DNA of 32,000 nt from Nitrosopumilus maritimus SCM1 (GCF_000018465.1 NC_010085.1:180001-212000); one strand, 5' to 3'. Shown: positions 8,598 to 16,735, numbered from the stretch's first letter. Translations and numbers: made by a program. The notes: generated by a model from the sequence alone, not told the origin.

Positions 8598-8724
8598 ATT
8601 CTCAAAAAACATATTTTTCTTATTTTTACATTTAATTCCGTATTTTTCTAACAATTTCTAATTTTTTGTTTAATCAAACAAAATTTGATAAATGAATAAA
8701 AACACAACTCCAAGAGTAGTTTAG

Positions 8725-8796
8725 GGGCCGGTGGTTTAGGGGTATAATGCCTCGTTCGCAACGAGGATGTCGAGGGTTCGATTCCCTCCCGGTCCA
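8725..8796 (+). tRNA. tRNA-Ala (anticodon CGC)
   Basis: It was folded by hand. The acceptor is GGGCCGG/CCGGTCC with a G3:U70 pair (the Ala identity element). The anticodon stem is CCTCG/CGAGG with loop TTCGCAA, the T arm is GAGGG-TTCGATT-CCCTC, and the discriminator is A. No CCA is encoded. Confidence 0.85.
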
Positions 8797-8839
8797 CTTT
8801 TCCAGAAACTATTATACATAAACACGAAATATTATCTTC

Positions 8840-9199
8840 ATGGAAGTATTTGATGGCAAAAAAGCAGCACAAGAATACATGTCAAAACACACTCTGGCCT
8901 TTTCCACTCCAGAACTAACTTTGATGAGATTTGCGTTTTGGTTAGGTGACTCTGTTCCAGATCCAAACAATGACGGAAAAGGTATTCCAAGAATGATGAC
9001 TTTTCTAACAGAACAAGACTTTGAACCTGTTTTGATTGATGACGACAAGTATGAACCATCTGGTGCAGTCAAAAGCTCAGGCTTGATGGGAAATGCTTAC
9101 ACTGAACAAAAAACTGATGGAAAGTTTTGCTCAGAATGTGGTACTAGTCTTTCAGCAACCGCAAAGTTTTGTCCAGAATGTGGAACAACTCAAGAATAA
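8840..9199 (+). CDS. Hypothetical protein with a C-terminal double-CxxC zinc ribbon
   Basis: The protein ends in 'GKFCSECGTSLSATAKFCPECGTTQE'. The N-terminal roughly 90 aa carry no motif I recognise. Confidence 0.5.
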   Translation: MEVFDGKKAAQEYMSKHTLAFSTPELTLMRFAFWLGDSVPDPNNDGKGIPRMMTFLTEQDFEPVLIDDDKYEPSGAVKSSGLMGNAYTEQKTDGKFCSECGTSLSATAKFCPECGTTQE

Positions 9200-9220
9200 T
9201 CTAATTTTTAATTTCTAATT

Positions 9221-9760
9221 TTATGCTTTAGCTCCGCACTTTGTGCAGAATTTTGCATTTGGTCTTAACTCTGCACCACATGATGAACATCCATTTCCAT
9301 TACTTTGAGGTGCAGTTTGTCTTGGCATTAATGCAGGATCTGGTGATGGTAATGTGCCAACATCATTGAAAGCTTCTTGTGCAGATACAATTCCTGGTGG
9401 ACCTCCACCAACTGGATTTTGTGCAGTTCCTGCTCTTGATGGCATACCACCTGGCATTCCTCCTGCCATCATTCCTGGTTGTCCCATACCTGGCATCAAA
9501 CCCGGTGATTGTGTATTTCCAGAACCTGAACCAATTGATTTTTTTAATTCAAAGATTACTTTGATTGCTAGAAATTCTAATGCAGAATATGCTACTGTAT
9601 AATCTCCTAATTTTTGAAAGAATTCTTTGTCACTAATCTGACCTTTTTTGTACATATTGTTGGTATCTAGAAATGATTCATAGTATCCTTGTGATTCATC
9701 AAACAAACTTTGCAGTTTGTCAAAGAGCATGTTTAGTGTATCAACTTCACCAAATGACAT
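9221..9760 (-). CDS. Hypothetical protein with a helical N-domain, a Gly/Met/Pro-rich low-complexity linker and a C-terminal double-CxxC zinc ribbon
   Basis: The linker includes 'PGLMPGMGQPGMMAGGMPGGMP'. The protein ends in 'CSSCGAELRPNAKFCTKCGAKA'. Confidence 0.5.
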   Translation of the reverse strand: MSFGEVDTLNMLFDKLQSLFDESQGYYESFLDTNNMYKKGQISDKEFFQKLGDYTVAYSALEFLAIKVIFELKKSIGSGSGNTQSPGLMPGMGQPGMMAGGMPGGMPSRAGTAQNPVGGGPPGIVSAQEAFNDVGTLPSPDPALMPRQTAPQSNGNGCSSCGAELRPNAKFCTKCGAKA

Positions 9761-10055
9761 ACTCTGCTTCGATTTTTGGAATATTAATTACTTTAGGATC
9801 CAAACTGGCTAAAGATTAATCTCCAGAGAAAAAAGCAGTCTCCTTTGCTATGGAGACTCTGTAATTGTATTAACTAGTTTATGTGAGCTTTTAGGCCCCC
9901 AGCTAACACCGCGAGATGTCTCTGACTCAATGAATATCCTACTATCATGTCTTTGTTAAAAAATCAGAGTCAAAAAGAATCACTTTTTACTAAATCTTTT
10001 TTGGTAATTTCTTAATATTCTACTTTGTCTTTTACAAATTAATCATAACCGATAT

Positions 10056-10358
10056 TTGTTCTGCTATTCAAAGCAATTAGTGATCAAAAATCTAGTGATA
10101 ACTATACTCTGTATTATTTCAGTATTTGTTGTAGTGATATTCTTTATTCCGTTAGTAAATGAATTTGAAACCTTCAATTGCATTACTGCTTCTTGTGAAA
10201 TCCCAAAAATCACTATTTTTGAATCAATTAAAAAACAATTTTCTTTAATTGATAGTTTTGAAGACTGTATTTCTGCAGGTAATCTTGTAATGGAATCTCA
10301 TCCACGACAATGTAGAACTGTTGATGGAAAATATTTTGTTGAGAAGATAAATCCTTGA
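10056..10358 (+). CDS. Hypothetical membrane-anchored or secreted small protein; the start is uncertain
   Basis: The start in the ORF track is TTG. An N-terminal hydrophobic helix 'ITILCIISVFVVVIFFIPL' is followed by a Cys-containing soluble part ending 'ESHPRQCRTVDGKYF'. Confidence 0.35.
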   Translation: MFCYSKQLVIKNLVITILCIISVFVVVIFFIPLVNEFETFNCITASCEIPKITIFESIKKQFSLIDSFEDCISAGNLVMESHPRQCRTVDGKYFVEKINP

Positions 10359-10361
10359 TGC

Positions 10362-10625
10362 TTATGTCATCACTGTAACTTCTTTTTCTGACATTCCGCC
10401 ATATCCTGGATCAATTTTTTGTTTTGGATTAAGTGATGTGTCATGATGACATGGTTTGTTGCAAACCGGACAAAATTTTCTATCCATTACTATGCATTGA
10501 CAGATATGATTTTTCAGATATGCTTGTGCAGCTTGATTCCATTCTCCTGTACCATTACAATATACACATACATTTGAACCACTAGAGCCAACTCCTTTAC
10601 AAAAATCACATACATCTTCTGCCAT
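10362..10625 (-). CDS. Small cysteine-rich protein with DnaJ-type CxxCxGxG zinc-finger repeats
   Basis: 'CDFCKGVG' and 'CVYCNGTG' match the CxxCxGxG repeat of the DnaJ central domain. A further 'CQC...CPVCNKPCHH' cluster follows. The protein is 87 aa. Confidence 0.5.
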   Translation of the reverse strand: MAEDVCDFCKGVGSSGSNVCVYCNGTGEWNQAAQAYLKNHICQCIVMDRKFCPVCNKPCHHDTSLNPKQKIDPGYGGMSEKEVTVMT

Positions 10626-10719
10626 GTCTATTGTTATCGTATCTGGTTTTTGAATAAATATATTTGAAGAGATTGACTATCTCAAGGCATTAATAGACTG
10701 CAGGCAATAAAATTTTCAA

Positions 10720-12114
10720 ATGACTTATGATGCTGTAATTGTTGATTCACACGTTATACTCCCGCAAGGAATGGTGGATAAAAACATCGTAATTGATGAT
10801 GGAAAAGTAGTTAGCCTCACAAATGATGTTCCTGCATGTGATAACAAAATCAATGGAAATGGACTGATTTCTGTTCCTGGTCCAATTGATACACATGTTC
10901 ACTATGGTGTTTATTCTCCAATCAACGAGGCAGCAAAGACAGAATCTCATGCTGCTGCAATTGGTGGTGTTACAACTATGATGAGGATGCTTAGATTGGG
11001 AGACCCATTTTCTAATTCACTCCAAGATCAATTAGATGCTGCATCTCAAAATCATTATGTTGACTATGCAATACATGCATCTGTTTTTACTCCTCAACAA
11101 ATTAATGAAATGGATTACTGTGTGAAAAAAGGAATTACCTCATTCAAAATTTACATGAATCTTGGCGGCGAAATTGGTCATGTTTACATGGATATGCCAC
11201 CAAATTCTTCTAAACTTGTTGCAGCTAACGTTGATGTAACTGATGAGATTGTTGAGCAGACTGTAAAAACTGCAGCTTCTCTTGGATGTCCTGTTTTGGT
11301 TCATGCAGAAGATTATGAATCCTGTGGATGTGGAATTCAAACTGCACGAGAGAAAAACCAAGATGGATTGTCTGCATGGTCTGAAAGTCGTTCCCCTGAA
11401 TTTGAAGCAAAAGCCATCAAAACTGTTTCAAAGTTTGGACGCGATTATGATTGTGTTATCTATTTTGTTCATATTGGTTCAGAACAAGCTCTAAAACAAA
11501 TTCAAGAAGAAAAAAAACTAGGAACAAAGATTTTTGTCGAAACATGTCCTCACTATTTGACATTATCTTATGAAAAACAAAATGGCTATCTTGCTAAAGT
11601 AATGCCTCCAATACGAACAGAAACTGACCGACAAGCAGTATGGGGTGCACTTTCTTCAAATCAAATTGATACTATAGGCACTGATCATGTTGCAAATCAA
11701 CTCAAACTCAAATTGGGTGGAGATGATGTATGGTCTGCATTAGCTGGATTTCCAGGAATAGGAACTGTACTTCCTATTGTACTCAATGATGGAGTAAACC
11801 AGAATAAAATTACTTTAGAGCAATTTGTGCGCTTTACAAGCCAAAATGCCGCACAAATATTTGGAATGTATCCTCAAAAAGGTACTCTTGAAAAGAATTC
11901 TGATGCTGATGTTACTATGATTGATCTGAAAAAAGAAAAGAAAGTAACATCTGAATTATTTGGTGGGTTTTCAGATTACATCGTTTATGAAGGTAGAAAT
12001 TTGAAAGGCTGGCCTGTTAAAACAATAGTACGAGGAGAATTAATTGCTGAAGACTTTGAAGTTATTGGAAAACTTGGTCATGGGAAACTTGTTCCACGAG
12101 CAATTCCTAAATAA
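10720..12114 (+). CDS. Cyclic amidohydrolase of the dihydroorotase/dihydropyrimidinase/hydantoinase family
   Basis: Metal-binding 'IDTHVHY' is present. 'SFKIYMN' is a candidate carbamylated Lys. 'VHAED', 'FVHIGS' and 'GTDH' match the amidohydrolase superfamily signature order. The substrate cannot be assigned by eye. Confidence 0.75.
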   Translation: MTYDAVIVDSHVILPQGMVDKNIVIDDGKVVSLTNDVPACDNKINGNGLISVPGPIDTHVHYGVYSPINEAAKTESHAAAIGGVTTMMRMLRLGDPFSNSLQDQLDAASQNHYVDYAIHASVFTPQQINEMDYCVKKGITSFKIYMNLGGEIGHVYMDMPPNSSKLVAANVDVTDEIVEQTVKTAASLGCPVLVHAEDYESCGCGIQTAREKNQDGLSAWSESRSPEFEAKAIKTVSKFGRDYDCVIYFVHIGSEQALKQIQEEKKLGTKIFVETCPHYLTLSYEKQNGYLAKVMPPIRTETDRQAVWGALSSNQIDTIGTDHVANQLKLKLGGDDVWSALAGFPGIGTVLPIVLNDGVNQNKITLEQFVRFTSQNAAQIFGMYPQKGTLEKNSDADVTMIDLKKEKKVTSELFGGFSDYIVYEGRNLKGWPVKTIVRGELIAEDFEVIGKLGHGKLVPRAIPK

Positions 12115-12116
12115 TT

Positions 12117-12944
12117 TTAAATAAATTTAATCGCACCATACCCAACAACAGATGATGTATCTCCCATAACATCTCCACTTGTAGTGTAACTTAGTAATTC
12201 TCCTTTAACCGCACCTAAATTTTTACATGCAATCATCACTGATGCCATAGCTCCATAACCACATGCAGTTACTCTTTTTTCCATTAAAACACTATAGAAT
12301 TTTTCAACATCCATTTCTAATATTGGCTCAATCAATGCTTTATCTTGAGAATGTGCAAAAGAATTTTCTTCATAATGTGTAAAATCAGATGATGCAACAA
12401 TCATTGTATTTCTTGATTTTGCAATTTGTGCTACTGCATTTCCCACATCTTTTGCCATTTCTAAACTTTGATCGCGTAAAATTATTGGAAGGATTTTGAA
12501 TTTTTCAGAAAAGATTGATTGCAACATAGGAATTTGAACTTCTAGACTATGATCTCTTGAATGAGAAAACTCATCAATCTCTATGTATTTTGAATTATTT
12601 GCTATCTCTTTTGCAGCCTCTGAATCCACATCTACCAATCCTAGTGGTGTTTCCCATTGAGCATTAACCATTGTAGCAACATCTTTTCCAACTCCAAAAT
12701 GATTAGGTCCAAGAATGATTACTAGTTCCGGATTTTTAGACGAAATTGCCTTGTAAGAATAACATGCCGTAGGTCCCGAATAAACATAGCCTGCATGAGG
12801 TGAAATTACTCCGTAAATTCCTTCATTATTTTGTATTTGATTGCCAGGTCCAAATTTGTGCTGAATACAAGAATTAATCATTTCTTCAAGTTCATTTTTT
12901 GTTCCAGGGTAAAATTGACCGGCAACAACTGGTTTTCTAATCAT
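12117..12944 (-). CDS. AmmeMemoRadiSam system protein B (MEMO1 family)
   Basis: The N-terminus 'RKPVVAGQFYPG' is followed by 'SPHAGYVYSG', 'GPNH' and 'SSDFTHY', the characteristic Memo-like His/Asp metal-site motifs. Confidence 0.8.
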   Translation of the reverse strand: MIRKPVVAGQFYPGTKNELEEMINSCIQHKFGPGNQIQNNEGIYGVISPHAGYVYSGPTACYSYKAISSKNPELVIILGPNHFGVGKDVATMVNAQWETPLGLVDVDSEAAKEIANNSKYIEIDEFSHSRDHSLEVQIPMLQSIFSEKFKILPIILRDQSLEMAKDVGNAVAQIAKSRNTMIVASSDFTHYEENSFAHSQDKALIEPILEMDVEKFYSVLMEKRVTACGYGAMASVMIACKNLGAVKGELLSYTTSGDVMGDTSSVVGYGAIKFI

Positions 12945-12964
12945 AGGTTATCATCTACATTATT

Positions 12965-13582
12965 TTATAAAAGACCATTAGGTGATTCTCTAAGAATATT
13001 CCCATTGGGTTTTTCTTCTTTGAAAATAACTCCTTGAAATTTTAAAATTGTTGTTGATTTTTCTTTCCATGCATCTTTGTTTAATCCTGCTTTTTGACAT
13101 GTATATTCTAAGAATTCTTTTTCATTCCATCCATATTCTGTGGGAACTTGTGGCAATAACAATCCTGATGAAAAACTATTTTCCACAATTAATCCATCTC
13201 TACCAACTTTGATTTCTGATAGATACTCTGAATATTCTTCTACTTTGATTTCTTCAGGAGGTGTAAGAACAGTTACTTCAAATGTTATCTTGTCTAATTC
13301 ATCAATAGTTACTGGAGTAAATCTTGGATCTTTTGTAGCAGCTGAAATTGCAGCATCAACTAACCCATCACATAATTTCTTTACTGGAGTTGGATATCCA
13401 ATACACCCTCTTAGATCATTTTCTTTGTTTATTGTAACAAAAACCCCTGAACTAAAATTAAATTTTGAATCAAATTCTGAATCAATAATTTTAGAATTAT
13501 TTTTTAAAAATTCAATTACAACTTTTCTTGCCATCTTAACTAATTCTATTCCATCTGAATCTAAAAATTGAAAATTTGTCAT
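12965..13582 (-). CDS. AmmeMemoRadiSam system protein A (AMMECR1 domain)
   Basis: 'GVFVTINKENDLRGCIGY' carries the LRGCIG signature of AMMECR1. 'DPRF.PV' and 'LLPQV' motifs are also present. Confidence 0.8.
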   Translation of the reverse strand: MTNFQFLDSDGIELVKMARKVVIEFLKNNSKIIDSEFDSKFNFSSGVFVTINKENDLRGCIGYPTPVKKLCDGLVDAAISAATKDPRFTPVTIDELDKITFEVTVLTPPEEIKVEEYSEYLSEIKVGRDGLIVENSFSSGLLLPQVPTEYGWNEKEFLEYTCQKAGLNKDAWKEKSTTILKFQGVIFKEEKPNGNILRESPNGLL

Positions 13583-13615
13583 ACTTGTTAAATATGTAAA
13601 ATAGACATAAAAAGC

Positions 13616-14686
13616 GTGACTGCAATTCTCGGCAAAGAAGCTGAATTATACGAAAAACTTGCAGATGATAAAGTCAAGTGTACTGCATGTGCACGATATT
13701 GCGAAATTGGTAAAGGACAAATTGGTTTATGTGGAATTCGTGGAAATGAAGATGGAAAATTACAACTTTATGCCTATGGAAAAGTAATTTCTGGTCATGT
13801 TGATCCAATTGAAAAAAAACCATTAATCCACTATTATCCTGGAAGTAAAGTCTATTCAATTGCTACAACTGGATGTAATTGGCTTTGCAGATATTGTCAA
13901 AATTCTGACATCAGTCAGAGACGAGAAATTCAAGGAATTGATATGACTCCTGATCAAGTTGTTGATACTGCAATCAAGTATGGTGCTCATGGAATTGCAT
14001 ATACATACAATGAACCTTCCATCTTTATTGAATTTGCAAAAGATTGTGGTGTTGCTGCAAGAAAAAAAGGATTGTTTAATGTCTTTGTTTCAAATGGATA
14101 TGATACTACTGAATCAGTTTCAATGATGAATCAATTTCTTGATGGGATAACCGTTGATTTCAAAGGAAGTGCAGAAAAAGAATTTACTCGAAAGTTTATT
14201 GGAGTTCCAGATCCTCAACCTATCTTTGATACTTTGTTAGAAATTCGAGATAAAACCAATATTCATATCGAAATTACTGATCTGATTGTCCCTAAAGTTG
14301 GTGATGATCTAGAACATGCAAAAAAACTTTCAAACTTTATTCTCGATGAGTTTGGACCAGAGATGCCAATTCATTTTCTACGATTTCATCCCGATTACAA
14401 AATGATGGAATATCCAAGTACTCCTGTAGAAACATTGGAAAAACATTATCAAATTGCAAAAGAAGTTGGACTAAAGTATGTGTATTTAGGAAATGTTCCT
14501 GGACACAAATGGGAGCACACGTATTGTTCTGAATGCAATAATGTTGTTGTAAATCGCTATGGCTTTAGTATTAGAGAATGGAATCTTGATAAAAACAACT
14601 GTTGCAAGTTTTGTGGAAATAAAATTCCAATAAAAGGAAAATTGCAGGAAGGATACAAAGAAGATAGATTTCAGTTTGTATCGTAG
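13616..14686 (+). CDS. AmmeMemoRadiSam system radical SAM enzyme (PflA-like activase family)
   Basis: 'TTGCNWLCRYCQN' is a canonical CX3CX2C. The N-terminal 'CTACARYCEIGKGQIGLCG' Cys cluster is typical of this family. A C-terminal 'CSEC...CCKFC' ribbon is present. The start is GTG and there is no nearby in-frame ATG. Confidence 0.8.
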   Translation: MTAILGKEAELYEKLADDKVKCTACARYCEIGKGQIGLCGIRGNEDGKLQLYAYGKVISGHVDPIEKKPLIHYYPGSKVYSIATTGCNWLCRYCQNSDISQRREIQGIDMTPDQVVDTAIKYGAHGIAYTYNEPSIFIEFAKDCGVAARKKGLFNVFVSNGYDTTESVSMMNQFLDGITVDFKGSAEKEFTRKFIGVPDPQPIFDTLLEIRDKTNIHIEITDLIVPKVGDDLEHAKKLSNFILDEFGPEMPIHFLRFHPDYKMMEYPSTPVETLEKHYQIAKEVGLKYVYLGNVPGHKWEHTYCSECNNVVVNRYGFSIREWNLDKNNCCKFCGNKIPIKGKLQEGYKEDRFQFVS

Positions 14687-14687
14687 A

Positions 14688-14885
14688 CTACTTCATAGTT
14701 CTTAATTGTCTTTCTGTATCTCTTATGAAATCCTCGTATTTCATGATTTGAGTGGTAATTCTGAATGCATTCATCTGGTCTTCATTATTTTTTGAGCCTA
14801 GGAATGGTTTTCTCAATTCCATTAGTCTTTGCTGTTCTTCTGTAGCCTTTAGAATATCATTTCTGAGATCCTCACTTGTTGCCAC
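14688..14885 (-). CDS. Small hypothetical charged or coiled-coil protein
   Basis: This is a 65-codon ORF with a GTG start. It is the only sizeable ORF in the gap and has no recognisable motif. Confidence 0.3.
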   Translation of the reverse strand: MATSEDLRNDILKATEEQQRLMELRKPFLGSKNNEDQMNAFRITTQIMKYEDFIRDTERQLRTMK

Positions 14886-14922
14886 GCATAATATACGTGA
14901 TTTTTGAATTTAAGAATTTCAT

Positions 14923-15597
14923 CTATAAAATATCGAATTTTTCGCCAGTTTTTGCTCTATAGATTACATCTGGCTTTCTGAGGAAAATTCCTGATTCTAA
15001 GACACCAGTAGTTGCTTTGATTTTTTGTGTCAATGCCTTTGGATTTTTTATTGTTCCAAAATCACAATCTAAGATAATGTTTCCATTTTCTGTAAAAAAT
15101 GGATAACCTCTATCAAGTGAACGCAATTCTGCTTTGCCTCCTAATTTCTTCATAGATTTTGATACAGAATTTCTTGCAAGTGGATGTACTTCTACTGGAA
15201 CAGTTCTTGTAAAGTTTTTTACAAATTTTGTTTTGTCTGCCATTACTACAACTTTTTTTGCAAGACTGAACAAAATATTCTCTCTAAGTAAAGCTCCTCC
15301 ACCTCCTTTGATTACAAATTTTTGAGAATCAATTTGATCTGCACCATCAAATACTACATCAATATGTTCTACTTGATCAGCTTCTATCAACGGAATTCCA
15401 ACTTTTTCTGCAATTAGTTTGATTTGTAATGATGTTGGAACTCCTTTGATGTTGTAATTTTTTAGTTTGATTAATTTTCCAAGTGATTTAACAAGTACAG
15501 TAGCTGCTCTTCCACTACCTAAACCAACAACATAATCATCTTTTACAAATTTTAATGCATTATTTGATAATGCCGTGATGGCACCATCGTATGACAA
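14923..15597 (-). CDS. rpiA: Ribose-5-phosphate isomerase A
   Basis: 'VVGLGSGRAA', 'FDGADQID' and 'KGGGGALLRE' are the RpiA signatures. The TTG start directly abuts the stop of the upstream gene. Confidence 0.85.
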   Translation of the reverse strand: MSYDGAITALSNNALKFVKDDYVVGLGSGRAATVLVKSLGKLIKLKNYNIKGVPTSLQIKLIAEKVGIPLIEADQVEHIDVVFDGADQIDSQKFVIKGGGGALLRENILFSLAKKVVVMADKTKFVKNFTRTVPVEVHPLARNSVSKSMKKLGGKAELRSLDRGYPFFTENGNIILDCDFGTIKNPKALTQKIKATTGVLESGIFLRKPDVIYRAKTGEKFDIL

Positions 15598-16557
15598 TTA
15601 CTCTACCTCTGCTTGATCAAGCTTTGATAGAACTTTCATGATGTCGCCTTTAATTTTATCTAAATCATCCATGTCATCATCAACATCATCTGCTGATGTT
15701 GGTTCTGGTTTTTGTACTTCTGGTTCTGGAAGTGCTTTATGTTCTGTAATTTTGGCAACTTCTTTGTTAATGTCTGGTTTTGGTTCTACTTTAGGCTCAG
15801 GAATTGATGTAACTTCCTGAATTATCTCAATTTTGTCTTCAACTTTTGGTTTTGGTTGAACAATTTCTTTGACAATTTCCTCTTTTGGCTTGATTAATTC
15901 AGTTTGAATTGGTTTTGGTTGCGGCATTGACTTTTGAATTGGTTTTTCTTCTTTTTCAAATAATGGGAATTTTGGTTCTTTTCTTGAAATATTTGTTAAA
16001 GTAGTTAATTCAAATGACTGTCGTGATTTTGTTGCAGGAATTGTAACTGGTTCTGTTTCTTTTGGCTTTTCAAAATTGAATGTGTTCTTAATTGATGTTG
16101 ATTGTTTTGTTCCTTTTTTGACTTCTGGTTCCTTTACTTTTGGTGCTTCAACTTTTGTAGTTGTCATTTTTGATGATAGTTCATACAATCTATCATCTAG
16201 TTTTGATAACTTTTGATCCATTAATGTGATCAAACCATCTCCTACTGGACCCAAGTCTGGATGTTTACTTGCTTGTTCAAGTTTTTCTAATTTTGCTAGA
16301 ACAATTCCTAATTGATGCTGATACTTTAGTAACAACTTGTCTTTTTGAATTTTTGAAAATTCTGAATCTGCTTGGTATAGTCTTGAGATTGTTTTTGTTA
16401 GAATATCTTTTTCAATTTTTAATGAGTTAATCTGACTTTTGATGTGTGAACTAGCACCAAGACTAAGTAATTGATTTTTGTCTCTTGGCATTTTTCGTAC
16501 AGCAGCAGCTGTAGCTACACCGGCTAATGAACTAAGAATAAGGGCAATTTCTTGCAT
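15598..16557 (-). CDS. Hypothetical membrane-anchored coiled-coil protein with a Lys/Pro/Glu-rich region and an acidic C-terminal helix
   Basis: The N-terminal hydrophobic helix is 'IALILSSLAGVATAAAV'. A heptad-like segment follows, then repeated 'PKPK/EPKV' low complexity, then 'DDVDDDMDDLDKIKGDIMKVLSKL' at the C-terminus. Confidence 0.5.
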   Translation of the reverse strand: MQEIALILSSLAGVATAAAVRKMPRDKNQLLSLGASSHIKSQINSLKIEKDILTKTISRLYQADSEFSKIQKDKLLLKYQHQLGIVLAKLEKLEQASKHPDLGPVGDGLITLMDQKLSKLDDRLYELSSKMTTTKVEAPKVKEPEVKKGTKQSTSIKNTFNFEKPKETEPVTIPATKSRQSFELTTLTNISRKEPKFPLFEKEEKPIQKSMPQPKPIQTELIKPKEEIVKEIVQPKPKVEDKIEIIQEVTSIPEPKVEPKPDINKEVAKITEHKALPEPEVQKPEPTSADDVDDDMDDLDKIKGDIMKVLSKLDQAEVE

Positions 16558-16725
16558 CTATGTATACCATTTAATCCAGGAATATTTTCTTCTTTTGGCC
16601 TCTGGGAATCCACAACTTGCACATTGGTGATGACGTTTGTGAAGTGAGTTCTTTCCACATCTTCTGCATCTGATGTGAACTTTTTTCTTTGTAAAACCAC
16701 CCATAGAAGTTGTACCTTTTACCAT
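16558..16725 (-). CDS. rpl37e: Ribosomal protein L37e (eL37), 55 aa and absent from the ORF track
   Basis: My own translation of the minus strand gives [55 protein letters not shown]. It has the C-x2-C...C-x2-C zinc knuckle and basic composition typical of eL37. It lies directly downstream of the Sm gene, as in many archaea. Confidence 0.85.
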
Positions 16726-16735
16726 TCCATATCAC

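Noticed and set aside
8648-9072. The minus-strand ORFs 8648-8872, 8812-9072 and 8838-9059
   Set aside because: They run through the hand-folded tRNA-Ala gene and antisense to the better-supported zinc-ribbon CDS at 8840-9199. They have no motifs and implausible composition.
8725-10055. A possible integrated element next to tRNA-Ala, since tRNA genes are common integration sites and the neighbours are hypothetical
   Set aside because: I found no integrase or transposase and no direct repeat of the tRNA 3' end. There is no compositional shift relative to the rest of the window. The same holds for the flanks of tRNA-Leu and tRNA-Ser.
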